DNA of 64,000 nt from Epiperipatus broadwayi (GCA_028023455.1 JAQFVV010000002.1:12276001-12340000); one strand, 5' to 3'; positions 13,742 to 27,140 are shown, counted from the stretch's first letter. Numbers and translations: made by a program. The notes: generated from the sequence alone by a model not told the origin.

Positions 13742-14516
13742 AAAAATAGAAATGATAAACAAACAACTACATCAAATACACCTCATCTCATTTCAAACCA
13801 ATACACAGATAATATTCAGTCAATAAACAGTACAACATTGGGGGAAAAGGGCTATGAATCAATGCTTGACAATATTTCAGACTTGAAATCACTTCCAGTA
13901 GAAGAAACAGACACCAGAATCAAAATAGACAAAAATAACACCCAATCACCTAGAAAGTCACAAAGTAAACAAAATACAATAACTCCACATCCTCAAAAAG
14001 AAAGTAGCAAAACCAATAAACCAAGGAAAAAATTCAATCCAGCACACACCAAAAATCTAAACCTGGGGGAAAAGGATGGTTTATCTGGGCATTGGAATCA
14101 GGATCTTTCACAAGAAGTAGAGCTAACACGACAAGCTATACCAAATATTAATAAACGGAAATCAGATGTTCCGGATAAATCAAGCTCAGATGACGATATG
14201 AATTCTGGGTTTATAACACAACTACCTACATTAAAACCAGATTCACAAGAATCACAAAGTAAACACAAAGTGTCATGGGAAAAAAAGAAAAGAAAAACCT
14301 ATGAGCACTCTGATACTGATTCAGCACCAATGGAAGATGATCCCTATTTGGAATTACCAGATTCTATGGAAAATGAGGACCTCCCAGTACTCATGGAATC
14401 AAATCTACATCAACTCTCATTGGAAGAAGCATCAGATCAAGAAACCAATTATAGTCATTTACTTCCAAATTCTCCCCGAGACCAGGAGTCGGCTGAAAGG
14501 GCAGGGACACTATATT

Positions 14517-17500
14517 ATGAACTATAAAATTGCAGGGATTAATGTCCGTGGCCTCAACTCATTGGCCTGTGCTCACGCAATTAGAAATTAGATAAGCATT
14601 AACTCTCCCCACATCCTTCTAATGGGGAAACCAAATTCCATAATAACACACACTAAAATAGAAACATTAATTGCCACTATGGGCTTCACTAAATTTTCAG
14701 TTGGACATTCAGCAGCTGGAGGGGTTGGAGTATTAATTAACAAAAAATTTCCTCCAAACAAATTCTGTATTCTCTATTTGGATAACAACTTAATCTTATT
14801 AGAAATAGACTATTGGGGCTACAGCATAAATCTAGCTTATATATACACTTCAAACAATCCTACTATCTATCACAAAATCATTCAGATTTTAAATGCTATC
14901 CTTAGCAACAAATCAGGCTCTTTACTTATATTGGGAGATTTTAGCACCACATATGGTCACTTTAACCTAAAATTTCTTCCACTGATAAATAGAAACTTGA
15001 TGTGTGGGGAAGGATTCCTTCCTCCCGGATCCTACTCCTTTTACACCAAATTCCACCAAACCCTAATAGACCTATTATATTATTCACCAGATTTACATTT
15101 TCATCTAAATGCAAAACTTTTACCGGTTTCGTTTTCGGACCATATGGCCCTTGTAGTTACTCTTGAAACCATGACTGGCTCCCAACCCCAGAGGCTCTTC
15201 ACAAAACCATGCGGATGGTAACAAAATCAAACATAACAGAGGCCATAGTGTCCGAATCTTATATATATTTTCACAAAATCAACATCCTTTCAAGACCAGC
15301 TGAAGAAGCCTGGTTTTCATTTATAGGCATCCTACAGACAATATTAAAACACCACATCATGAAAGTCAAAGGCCCTAATGTCCTCTTCAGAGATCTTCTA
15401 CAAATAGAGAATCAGCTTCAGATGCTCCAAAGTCAACCTATCAAAACACAAGATATATATAGTCTTAAAAACCTATACCGATCAAGACAAAAATCCCTGG
15501 TGGAATACCTATCCATTAGGAGAGCCAAATGCTATTTATCACAACAACATCACTGGACAAAAGGCTACTTGAGATGGGCACTTGGAGGGAAAAATAACAA
15601 AACCACTCCCACTCCATCACTGCAGACGGGAAAACCTTACTGGGAACACCTATGATGAACACAATAAAAGAACACTTCCGGCAAAAAATGCAAACCGCAA
15701 TCTTCAATGGCACACAATCCTGGTCTGAAGTTGATCCACAGGTACCACATGGGATCACAGAAAACCTACTCCAACAGAAAATATCTTCCCTTCCAGATGG
15801 TGTACATCCTGGATTACATAGGATTCCCAGATTCCTAATCCTACACCTCAATCAATTTGCAATTCCCATAATGAAGAAGATAGTGGATTACCTAGCAACT
15901 GGTAATAGAGTGATACCTAACCTTTACCCAGTGGCGCTAGTTCCATTTATAAAAAAAAAAATCAGGTTATGGATCTCTCAAACATCAGACCTATTTCCAT
16001 GACACCCCTGCTAATTAAAATTGTAGTCTGTGATCAAAGACCTCATCCAACCAAATGTCTTAAAGCACATATCTAACAACCAATATGCCAAGAAGGGATC
16101 CTCTACTGCACATGCAATGGGCAACATAATCTCCATCATTGACTGTCAGAATCCACCGGAAGTCAGGGCCGATAGCTATTCAACTGGACATTGCTACAGC
16201 CTTTGACTCGGTACATATAGACATACTCTTAAATATTTTGGCCGAGTATGATGTTCCTGCAGCTGCTGTCCATATCATAAGCAATTTACTATTCAACAGG
16301 GAAATTTTTATCACTATGGATGGTAACATCACCTCCGGATTTAAACTGATACACGCTACACACTCTCCCTCAGGGTTCCCCCCTCAGTGCCCTATGCTTC
16401 ATCGCATATATAAATCCTCTCCTGATGGATTTGGAAAAAAATCTACCAGGTCTCTTTATACCCAATTTAAGCAGAGAATTCAACACGTTTGCCTACATGG
16501 ATGATGTAATGATCATCCTACCATCAAGAAAACATATTCCTTTGCTACAAACAATATTAAGTCACTATACTGAGAAATACAGGCTGCAATTCAACCCCAG
16601 CAAGTCTGCCTCCTGGCAAATTGTTTCAGGAAGGAAAATTAACACCCTCTTCTCTGCCAAGCCACAGAGATATCTTGGGGTTTTCCATATTCAAATCTAC
16701 CACAGCAATGACCAAAGAGATTCAGGATAACATCCTAGAAACAACAAACAAATTCATCACTTCCTTGTCACAAGTCTACCTTTCCCTCCCTGGCAAGGTA
16801 GCACTAATTAACATGAATGTGATGCCAAAAATAGCATACTTTCTTCCATTTATCAAATGCAACAAAAGCTTCATAAATAAAATAAATGGCTTGTGCTCAA
16901 GGCTTTTCTGGAAAGGTAAAATGGTCACGATCAGCCTCAAAGGCACTCAGTGACCAAGAAAGCCAAATGGTCTTGCTCTCCACTCCATTCAGGCATTGAT
17001 TTACCAAAAAACCCACAATGTCATACACAACTTGGTAGCATCATATGGTTTTAACACAATTCTCCAAAAAACTTTCCGCCAAAAGGTAACACCCACTGAC
17101 CGACCCCCACCAGACAGACAAACATGGATCACTAGAAACACAAGCTTATCAAACAGCACTGCCCTATAAATGAATCCACCTTCAATTCTAAAATATCATT
17201 ATGCCAAGAATACACAATCCTCCATCCAATCTTACATCCTATATTCAACACATTTTATTACAATAATCAGAAACTGGTATCTAACTTTAAAAGATGGAGT
17301 CTAGAGGCCAAATACCTAGACTTCCTCATTAAATACAACATTAATGGACTACCTACTAATCACTTCCTCTTTTACAAATATGGTCACAACATAGACCCTA
17401 CTTGCAGCATTTGCATGAACAGCGATGAGACATTGGAACACCTTTTCTCACAATGTATGGGATTCAGAGTGATCTGAGAAATCATACTCTCCAATACCAA

Positions 17501-17751
17501 GATAGATTTCCAACTGATCTCATCTCTGAAAGATAGTATCAATACTAAAACCTATTCAATAATACATCTATCAGTGTTTTTGAACTATGCCATATGGGTT
17601 ACACATTGTAAACTAATCATGGAACACCCACAACCTAATATAAAACAGGTTTTTTTCCAAAACAATGATTAAAATCCAGAAGAGAGACCAACTCCTGGCA
17701 TCGTCGAAAACATTTGAAGACACTTGGACATTACAAAATATGCCAAACTAA
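14517..17751 (+). pseudogene. L1/Tx1 ORF2 (AP endonuclease + reverse transcriptase + zf-RVT), frameshifted
   Basis: MNYKIAGINVRGLN, GGVGVLI, LILGDFS, SDH (APE). LDIATAFDSVH and FAYMDDV (RT). CSICMNSDETLEHLFSQC at ~17400-17457. Terminal FEDTW...TAA. Confidence 0.9.
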
Positions 17752-20436
17752 CAAGGCAAAAGGGGGGGGGGGCTAACAATCAGATAACAAATATGTGAAA
17801 GATCTAATGTTCACACCATATTGGACAACATAGACTCATCAGAACCCAAATGGAAATAACAAGATAGTTAGAACAACAATGTAAACCCCAATTGTATGAT
17901 TACACATCACTGTATACATTAGAAATAATAAATTATTATTGAAACAATTGCAAATTTAACAATAAGATTTGTCCAAAATGCATTTAGTTGTAACAATATC
18001 TACTGATCTGGAACTGTTTCCAGATCTTTAGGGAATTGATACACTCAAATTGAATTAAAAATGTCATGTTAAAATTTAAAACAAAAGGTTTAAATAAATT
18101 TAGTAAATTATAAGATAACAAATTCTCTGGCCGAAAATAATCTTGTGGACAGAATTATCACTGGTCTTGGAATCACATAAATAGGCTGTATTTCATATTT
18201 TAAAAATGGCTATTCTATATTTTTCAAGAAGTGCTGCCATCAGTCTCCATGCCAGTTTAAACTTACACGAGCCAGAGTAGGAGCACATAGGTTTGACATT
18301 TCCCTGTGGGAAGATGATCTCTATTCCCATCTTATATACCGATTGGTGCGATCCCATCACCATCATCATAGGAGTGGTAAATGTTCCTGCAATGGACAGC
18401 CACAAGATCATGAATAATTTAACTACTTGTCCAAATATCCAAAGTGCTACTTCACCTGCTGTCTGATGTGCCTAAAGTACAAGTTGCAACCAAGAAGCTA
18501 GTTAATCATCCAACATCATAAAGTGCTAAATCTACTTTTAAATCTTTAAAATTCTGTCTAAAATAATGATATATATAACTGTATAAAGCTTGCCTGAAAC
18601 CATCTCTGTAAATTTTGTTTGCTTCTCTAAATTACAATAACTGTAACCAGTTGTTTTGCTAAATATCTTTATTACTGTGATTATGCCTATATTCTAAATT
18701 TATCTTATATATGTTATATGCCAAGTATTTTGAGATAGTGGGGCTGTAATTTTAGTAAACTTTTAATGGAGATATGCTATTTAGCACATTAGGGCACTGT
18801 TTCAAAATCCTATTATGTCAGGTAATAACTAGTTGCTACACACTCATTATTATCATTTGATTTAGATTATATTAATATCTATTATGGTTTGCATAGTCAA
18901 AGTTATAAAGTATGGCTTTAAATATCTATTTTAACAAAGTAATAGACTAGCCTTTAGAGATGATATCAAAGTATATTTATTAATATCATATTAATTGCCA
19001 CTAAATATACTTTCCCTTCCTTATTAATGATTAAAGATGCAGATTGAGTGTTCTAAACAAGATTAATATTTAAGTTTAGTCCCTTAAAGTTAGCATGATT
19101 ATGATGCTATTTTTAAGAACTGGGTTCTGTTAGCTATACAGATAGAAGCTATCTGTTTTAGGTGCATTTAATTTAAATATACATATTTGTATTTCACTTC
19201 ATGCATTGTGGGTATGTTTTTACAAAGTACTTTTGTACTCTACATCTTGCTTTACCTTTTTACTGGGCTTATGGTGGATGCTGTCCCCATTCACTTAGTT
19301 CGGGTAAGGCTATTCTTTAGAACTAGAACATGAGGGTCCAGACCATTTTTGTATAAAGCCTATCCAAGTTCCTGAACTACAAATGTTCATACATTAATTG
19401 TAGCAAGCCATCTGATCCTAGAGTACCATGCATTTTGATGCAAAATCCCCATGAATAATTACCCCCCCCCACACACACACACACATCATGAACTTATTTT
19501 TAATATTTTAGTCAGTACCATAGTATATATATATGTGGATTTAAAGTAAACAGTTCTTTCCCCATGTTAAATAACTGTTCAGAATTTGTCTGAAATTCAC
19601 ATGTTTGGTTGTTAGACTCAATATGCATTGCTTTAGAGTTTGATTGTACATTCACATATACATATATATATACAGCATCCACCTTAGTGCTGTATTGTGA
19701 AATCTATGTTTGGGCTAGCGTATTCACTTATAAAGTTAGCAAGCTATGATAGGAATATAGGATCTTGACATATTAGACATAGCTTTAGTAACAGCACACC
19801 CAAGCCATTTAAATATGTTAAGATAAGATATATTGTAATATTTTAATCACATCCACTATGTAACACCTACATGCATTTGATCCTACATATTTATCTGTAT
19901 AATTATTGTTTCGCTTTTATTTTATTGAAATTTTGATTACTTAATAAATTATTTTGAAGTTAAATCATTTCCATTTAATTGCCCATAATCCAGTTCCAAT
20001 TTTAATCCATTTTTTATATTGATATTTTATATGCATTATAGTACAAATATAGTTTAAGTGTTAAATTTATCTCAACTTTGCATGTCTTAGTCCATTTTAA
20101 CCCTTATTTAGTCCTTATTTAGTTAATTTCTGGATCTCATCTCTCTTCCCTATTCGAAGCCGGCTCACAGATTAAACTAAGACCTGCATGTAACCTCAGA
20201 AATGTCATTCATAAGGTATTAAGCCATAGAGCACTGGTAACAAGGTTGAAACTTGGTTGGACCTGGGATCTAACCATCCCATTTCAGTCATCCTTAGGGT
20301 ATTTTCCTGGACTCTAGGTTTTGTTATATGAATGTACAAATCTGACCATTACATTACCCAAATTAAAAATTTGTTTTGGAATACAATTCTCTCAGCAACT
20401 CTTAAGTTTATTTCATATAGAAAAATTTGAAATTAA

Positions 20437-21217
20437 TCCTTTATTCAGCTTATGCTTTTTATTTTACAATTTTAAATGTATTCCCGCCCCTCAGCTCCTC
20501 GTCGACATCTGACGTCACTCTAACTCTGCCAGTTCTTATGCTAAAAAATTCGTTTGATAGGTTTTGAATAGGTTTTTAAAAGTTCTGTAAGATGGTGCCC
20601 TCTTCCGAATTATTTTACAAGTAAAAAATAAAAAAAAAAGCATTTAAACCTAAACAAAGAAAGAACATCGTTTGTAATTGGTTGTTAGTGAGCTCTCAGC
20701 CGAAAAAGACATTATGATTGGCTGGAAAGAACAAAGAAACCGCCTGATCAAAGAAAATAAAGAAAAACGCTGAGATTTTCATTTCGAATGCAATTTTAAG
20801 TATTAAAAAAATACAATTTCAGAAATTAAACTAGTTTTTTAAAAAATATACTAAAAAAACAAAATTATTTTCGAAAAATATTGAAGATTTTAGTAAAAAT
20901 ATTAAAGATCTAATAAAAAGAAATATTTACTTTTCTATAACGTAAAAGTCGACCTTTTTGTTTATATTATAGCTTTTATGTTGCCGAAACTGAATATTTT
21001 AGAATAAATAAATAGCAATTTATTTTTGAAAGAACTTTCGTTCTCTTCATAACCTGAAAAATTAGTAATATACTTTTTATAAACGTATCTGAGTTGAATT
21101 TAATATTATAGGCGAATATGTTTTAACAATAGGCTTTGTCTTCAATTTGTGAGTTGGCCAATTAAAAGATTTGATTTTTACCTCATACAACCAATAATAT
21201 AATTAGCGGTTAAAAGG
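20437..21217. mobile_element. Non-autonomous TTAA-flanked (piggyBac-like) element, copy 1; left end approximate
   Basis: Reverse-complement homologous to 55747-56456, e.g. TGCCCTCT..GAATTATTTTACAAGTAAAAAA. Ends AAAAGG|TTAA at 21218-21221. Confidence 0.55.
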
Positions 21218-22121
21218 TTAAATGTAGTCTTTTACTTTAAGATAATTATTGACTATTTCTAACCATTTGTTCTTATGGTGGCTCTCACAACAAAATGGAA
21301 GGCAACATCTACATATTTCATTTTTCAAAATTTTTAAGTTTACATTAAGACTAGAACACATTGTATATTTTTTAAATTTAGAAATCACTGACATCACTAC
21401 TAAAATGTGTATCTAATATAGTACTGAGACAAGCCACCATATTTTTAATTCAGTTGGGTTTTTATTTTTTTGAGCTTGTCTATTGTAAACAAGTATTTAC
21501 TTGCTAGTTTCCAGTTCATGATGATTCTATTCCATGAAACAAAATAAAAAAATTAGTTTTACAATGATTCAACTTGTTCATGTGACAACATGTTTAATGA
21601 ACATGTAAAAAATAGACATCCTGTACAAAAGTTTTCATATGTATATTAAATAGAAATTTAACAGTGGATATTTTGCATATTGCATTCAAATGATTCCAAT
21701 AACATAAATAAATAGACAGGTATCACTTGACTCAGATTATTGTTTTTTTCTGAAGTCACATATTTTTTTATATATTTGACTAAAACATTAAATAATTTAT
21801 TTAAAAGGTTTACTGAATGAATGCATTTAAATTTTTTATCCCCCCCCCTCTTTAAGTGTTGATTGATAACTTTTTTACAAGATCAAAAACATGGTTTAGC
21901 CATCTGAAGTTTTTTGTGTATCATTTATTTCTTTTAAAGGTCAACAAAGTACCATATTCCATAGATGAGTCTCAAAGCTTATTTATAGATACCATTTGCC
22001 TATCAGATTGATAGAAAGAATTTAACTCCATCATTGTCAGTAACAATTTACAAAATAGTAATCTGGGATGTAATGGAAACCCTAAAAAAAATTTTTTATG
22101 TACAAAGTTATATCCAAGAAT

Positions 22122-22746
22122 TTTTTTCTACAGTACAAGCTTTTTCATACCTGCACCCAATATGTAATATATAGGGGGTTTGAACTCAGACTTTCACATG
22201 ACCCTCAACTATCCATGCCATCTCATACTGCTGACACATTTGATCACACATATGTTGAAAAGATAAACAATCAACAATATTTAATGCTAAAACAGCACTC
22301 ATTAGTTGGTCCAGATTATCATTTCCACACATATATACAATCAATGCTCAGCTTATACTAAGATAGCCAATTTTCATACTTTTATGGACAGGCTTCAATA
22401 CACTCCACCCACAACTCTTCAGCCATCCATTTCATTAAAAATCTGATAATGGAATGCTCAAAGCCCACATTGGTGCCAACCTTCTCATCCTACCTATGTT
22501 AACAATAAGTCATTCTGACCCCTCATGTACAGGACATAATCCATTTACATATACATATGAGGGAAGGGCAGACCTTACAGCACAATATTTTAATATATAA
22601 TTTTTTTCTACAATACAGGCTTTTTCCTACCTGCATTCCAATATATAATATAATTTTTTCAACATGTGTGATCAAAGGGGTCAGCAGTATGAGATATGGT
22701 GGATAGTTGAGGGTCCTGTGAAAATCTGAGTTCAAACCACTATATA
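22122..22746 (-). mobile_element. Penelope-like non-autonomous retroelement with 5' inversion and terminal redundancy
   Basis: 14-bp direct repeat TTATATCCAAGAAT (22108-22121, 22747-22760). Direct repeat ~22119-22170 vs ~22599-22650. Inverted repeat ~22166-22263 vs ~22655-22748. Confidence 0.75.
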
Positions 22747-24193
22747 TTATATCCAAGAATGAAAATCAGAATCATTCTATTAAAAATTCTCTAATTCTTT
22801 ATGACCATAAAAGGTAGAGGAAACAATAGAAGGTAGAAAATAAAAAACTATTTACTGTGTTAATTAAGAACAATATAAAGTAAATGAGACTCAACTATCA
22901 TCTGAAGTGATAATGATCAAACTAAATTATCCTATTTTTCATAAATTATAAACTCATCATATTCACTGAAAAAGACTAAAAATCCTCAAAATAAACAATA
23001 AAGACAATAATTTTGATCAGAGCAATAGATGGCTGGTCATTCTGGTAGACTCTGAATTCAAAGTCACCTGATGGTGACAGATGTTTTAACAGTGCAAATT
23101 TAAGTGGTAATTCACTTTTTTTATTATTATTCACTTCAAACCACTTATTGAACTATTATAAGTTTAATATTTAAATATTAAACTTAAGAGTATAAAAATA
23201 ATTTCTGAAATCATTTCTAAATTTTGTTCTAAATTTCATCTTAAAATAAATTTTCTGTTTCATCTCTTTGATGAAAAAGTTTTCTTAATCTTCTCATGTA
23301 TCAGATTGAATGGGTCAATTGATTAAAATGAATATCATATCTACTATTTCTATAAATAAAAAAGTTATATACTTTGAAAGTGAAAGTTTGTTCTTGGGAA
23401 TTGGATTTTTTTTTTCCTATTAAGAAATTGTAAGTTTTTGAAATCTTTTCCATTTCATAATTGATTGTTTAATGACCAGGCTTCAGATTTCACCATTTCC
23501 TCATCTGTTTAATATAGTAATAAAATCAAATTTTATCCCAAAGCTCAATGGAGTCCTTTGCCATTATTACTTTTCAAATCTTGTTTCCTTCAAAGTTTAG
23601 TTATAAGTAATTTGAACTATAACCCATAATACTATACATTTTTCTTTTTAAAAAATATAATAAATTTAGATTTATCTTGGAATAAATTAAAATTTCACAC
23701 ATACCTATAATTTATTTGATTGCAAAATGCAAAAATGTATTTTAATGTAATTAAGAGATTTCATTATTTTATGAAGTAGCTCTAAACTATGACTACTATG
23801 CTAAATTGTATTAATAGAATGTCAAACAATAATAGAAGAGTATAACTTAAATGCTTTTTTCCCTTTAAAGTGTATGTAGAAATTAATGTAATTATTGTAC
23901 TGTGTTTATTATTATGTTTAAATTGCATGTTTATTCAAGATTTTTAAAAAATGTAACCCAAATATTAACTCTTACTAAAATAATAAAACTCTGATAGTAG
24001 TAAAAATTTAAAAGACCTCATAATTTTATCCAAATAATATACAAAGCTACAGGGAACTGAATTATTAGCATTTTTTATTATTGTACTATCAATAATTTAT
24101 AAACAATGAGGATTGCCAATTCCTCAACAAGCTTTGTGATAAATGCTTAGCCAGAGCCAGCACTTAAAATATCTCTGTCAGGACCCTGCCCCA

Positions 24194-24236
24194 ACCCCTG
24201 ACCATGGTTTTGTGCTTTGGTACTCCTCAGAGAAGT
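24194..24236 (-). ncRNA. Type I minimal hammerhead ribozyme motif, copy 1 (G12>A)
   Basis: ACTTCT-CTGAGGA-GTAC CAAA GCAC-AAAAC-CATG-GTC-AGGGGT on the minus strand. Confidence 0.75.
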
Positions 24237-24355
24237 GCCAGGGTAGGTTCAGACACTAGATCTAAAAATACCAACCCAAAGCCAGCACTTATCTAAAAGT
24301 TATCTATTGAGTGGAAAATCTTTCAGACATCTACATGTCTTCAAACTTTGGCACT

Positions 24356-24392
24356 CTGAGGAGTGCCAAAGCACAAAACCATGATCAGAGGT
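24356..24392 (+). ncRNA. Type I minimal hammerhead motif, copy 2 (truncated stem I, G12>A)
   Basis: CTGAGGA-GTGC CAAA GCAC-AAAAC-CATG-ATC-AGAGGT. Confidence 0.65.
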
Positions 24393-24774
24393 TTGGGGGG
24401 GGGGGTTTCCTGACAGAGATATTTTAAATGCTGGCTCTGGCTAAGCATTTATCACAAAGCTTGTTGAGGAATTGGCAATCCTTATTGTTTATAACTTACA
24501 AGCTTAAGAGATAGGGTCATGTGATCTATGACTCTTATTTTGACTATTTATAGTCTCTGCCTTAAGTCTTATGCAATGTTATATTGCTAAGACTACTAAT
24601 ATATGGTATGGCAGAAGATCTATCAGCCCCATATAGCTATTTGAGTGGGTTAACTGGGTTTGAAGACATGTAGATGTCTGAAAATTTCAGATTTTCCACT
24701 CAATAGACAACTTTTAGATAAGTGCTTGGCTTTGGGTTGGTATTTTTAGATCTAGTGTCTGAACCTACCCTGGC

Positions 24775-24817
24775 ACCTTTCTGAGGAGTGCCAAAGCACA
24801 AAACCATGGTCAGGGGT
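24775..24817 (+). ncRNA. Type I minimal hammerhead motif, copy 3 (G12>A)
   Basis: ACCTTT-CTGAGGA-GTGC CAAA GCAC-AAAAC-CATG-GTC|AGGGGT. 6-bp stem I, 4-bp stem II, palindromic stem III ACCATGGT. Confidence 0.8.
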
Positions 24818-26779
24818 TTGGGGGGGGGGTTTCCTGACAGATATTTTAAGTACTGGCTCTGGCTAAGCATTTATCACAAAGCTTGTTGAGAAATTGGCAA
24901 TCCTCATTGTTTATAGCAGCTTAAGAGATAGGGTCATGTGATCTATGACTCTTATTTTGACTATCAATAATTTGTCTTGAATGCTAATTTAATATTTATA
25001 CTATTATTGGATGTAAATGTAAAATTAGATTTACAATAATGATATATATATATATGTAAATCGTTTTTTATCAGTGCATTGAATTTTCACTACATCACTG
25101 AGACAAGGTAATGACAAGTTTCTATCCATTTTTTTTTAATATCTTGTGGAGTGAAATTATTGCATGATAATATGCATTGTAAATTTTCTTATCAATGTAT
25201 CTTTCATCTTTAGCTCAATTCTATCACAACTAACCATCAACCCAGATGTTATACCAACCTCTTACACTATAGGTATATTAGGAACATACACTTTTTCAAG
25301 TAAGCCATAGAACACATGTTACAATTTAATTTCATATACACATTTTTAGATATTTAAAATTAACTTGATATATATTTAAATAGATTTAAACTTCTATTCC
25401 AACATACATTTTTGAAACATATGATCTATGACATGTGAAAAAGATCTCCAAAGAAGCAGATTTCATGCTGAACCAACTCTCATCAGTTAGTCCAACTGAC
25501 AATCTCTTACACATATCTTCATCATTTGTTCACTATATATATAGATGGCAAATGATTATTTCATAGGTACTTTGTTTTTTTCTGCAGTTTTTATTGATAT
25601 TTAGATCATAAATAATTTATGACAGACTTCCATCATAGACATGTGCAAGCTACAGATAATCCAGATGTTATAGCACTTTATTTGGTAATCTATCACAAGA
25701 GACAACTACATGTTCATGGCTTGAGCGGATACATTTTAGGTCAAATTTGCCTCATTTACTATCTAGCTTCTTTACATTGCAATTAGACATAAATAAAGAG
25801 ACCTTTTTTTGGAATCATTTATACTTAAAGCCTCATTTCTTTCCAGGACAACAAGATATATTATTCAATGAGAGTTACAAGTCATTGTGAATCTGCAGGT
25901 AGCTTCTGTACTTAATTTTTTTTAAATAAGGTGCAAACGCTCATTGCTCATCAAAGAATGTATATCTTCATCCTCTGATCTAATTTTAATACTTCAAAGA
26001 ATGCATAACATTGTTTTTTCGGTTTAATTAATAGTGAATAATATATTTCTAGATTCTTTTTTTTTAATTATTATCTACAAATATTTCCCAATTTAGAGCT
26101 TTTTGAAGATAACAAACTATAATCAAGTTGTTTTTTATACATATCAAGCCTTAAATTTATCTTAAGCTAAACATTTTTCTAATTACAAACATTCAGTTTA
26201 TTTTTATTCAAGTTGATTTTAAGCAGTTTTGTTCTATTTTTTTATTTCTTGATTTGATAACACAATCTCATATCTATAAATATCATATACATATATATTC
26301 TAAAAAAAAAAAACTATGTATAACGACTCTATTATTTGATAAATAAATCATCCAGGCTTCTTTTCAATAACAATTTTTATTATTTCGTTAGCCAGTTATC
26401 ACTCTGTTAATTTTCTATTATAAATGTACTTATAATTGAGCATCTTACAGGTTCTGTTCACAGTACTACATACCCCTCCCCCATTTAAAAGGTGAGACAA
26501 TAAAAAAATCAATTACTTATTATTTCCCATTCTACAACTCTCATAAATTATTTTATAGTAATATTTTTACACAATCGGGTTTGTATTATTGATTAATATT
26601 ATTAATAGAAATGTTCAGGCATTAATACAGAAAAGGTAAATAAACCGATACAACTTCAAACTAGGGAAGATAAAAATGGATAAGCCTCCCATATACCAAG
26701 TCTCTAAAAAACTAAAAAGAATATGTTCTAAAAAATATACAATGTGAAGTTTTTGTCCCCCCCCCTTCCTTAGTCTGCT

Positions 26780-27140
26780 CAATGATTCTGGAGATAGGCA
26801 GCCCATAGTGCAGTCATCCATCAAATTATCTATAAAATTAAATGCAATCAAATTACAAGTTGTAAAACTGCATATTATGGGGAATCGAGAGCCAATCAAT
26901 CAATAAGGCTAGCTCAGGACAAATATTTGTATAATAGAGCCATGAGGGCTCCAAAATATTCCTTTATATTTGTGGACCGAGGTGGCGAGGGCTAAGACTG
27001 TTTGTGTTGGGAGGAGGGGGCAAGGAGTTAGAGTGGCTTGGAGGATGGCCATAAACAAAAAAGAATCTAGTATCCCCCTATTAAAGAAGTGGCCATTATT
27101 TCTGAATAATGAAATAATAAATTTAAAGAATTTAAATAAT
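26780..27140 (+). mobile_element. Degraded L1-clade ORF2 3' fragment
   Basis: Frame YLWTEVARAKTVCVGRR...KKWPLF loosely resembles the L1/Tx1 AKxxIWxxRN...W terminus. Confidence 0.3.

Larger units (their letters stand above)
11831..14527 (+). pseudogene. L1/Tx1 ORF1 (gag-like, zinc knuckle), disrupted
   Basis: ATG 11831, ORF 11936 and ORF 12623 share one frame, broken by TAA at 11900 and 12452. SYANAL motif. CFHCLQRTHFIKDC fits C-x2-C-x4-H-x4-C. Long acidic/low-complexity C-terminus. Confidence 0.85.
11805..17945 (+). mobile_element. Full-length L1/Tx1-clade non-LTR retrotransposon
   Basis: 16-bp direct repeat AATTGCAAATTTAACA at 11789-11804 and 17946-17961 (TSD). ORF1 with CCHC knuckle, then ORF2 with APE, RT and C-terminal CCHC. 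G-run at ~17762-17772 in the 3' UTR. Confidence 0.95.
24099..24959 (+). mobile_element. Hammerhead-ribozyme retroelement (retrozyme / non-autonomous Penelope-like): inverted copy plus ~1.45 tandem monomers
   Basis: 14-bp TSD ACTATCAATAATTT (24085-24098, 24960-24973). 24098-24346 is the reverse complement of 24658-24915. 24347-24547 is a direct repeat of ~24770-24964 (period ~420-425 bp). Confidence 0.9.

Noticed and set aside
18193-18411. Short ORF in a locally GC-richer block, open on both strands
   Set aside because: No recognisable motif or splice signals; probably a TE remnant.
20480-20760. Host bidirectional promoter with ATG GTG first exon
   Set aside because: The region is homologous to the repeat at 55747-56456, so it is TE-derived.
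24085-24973. CRISPR-like or DNA-transposon (MITE) interpretation of the repeats
   Set aside because: No repeat-spacer periodicity, and the inverted repeats are not terminal.
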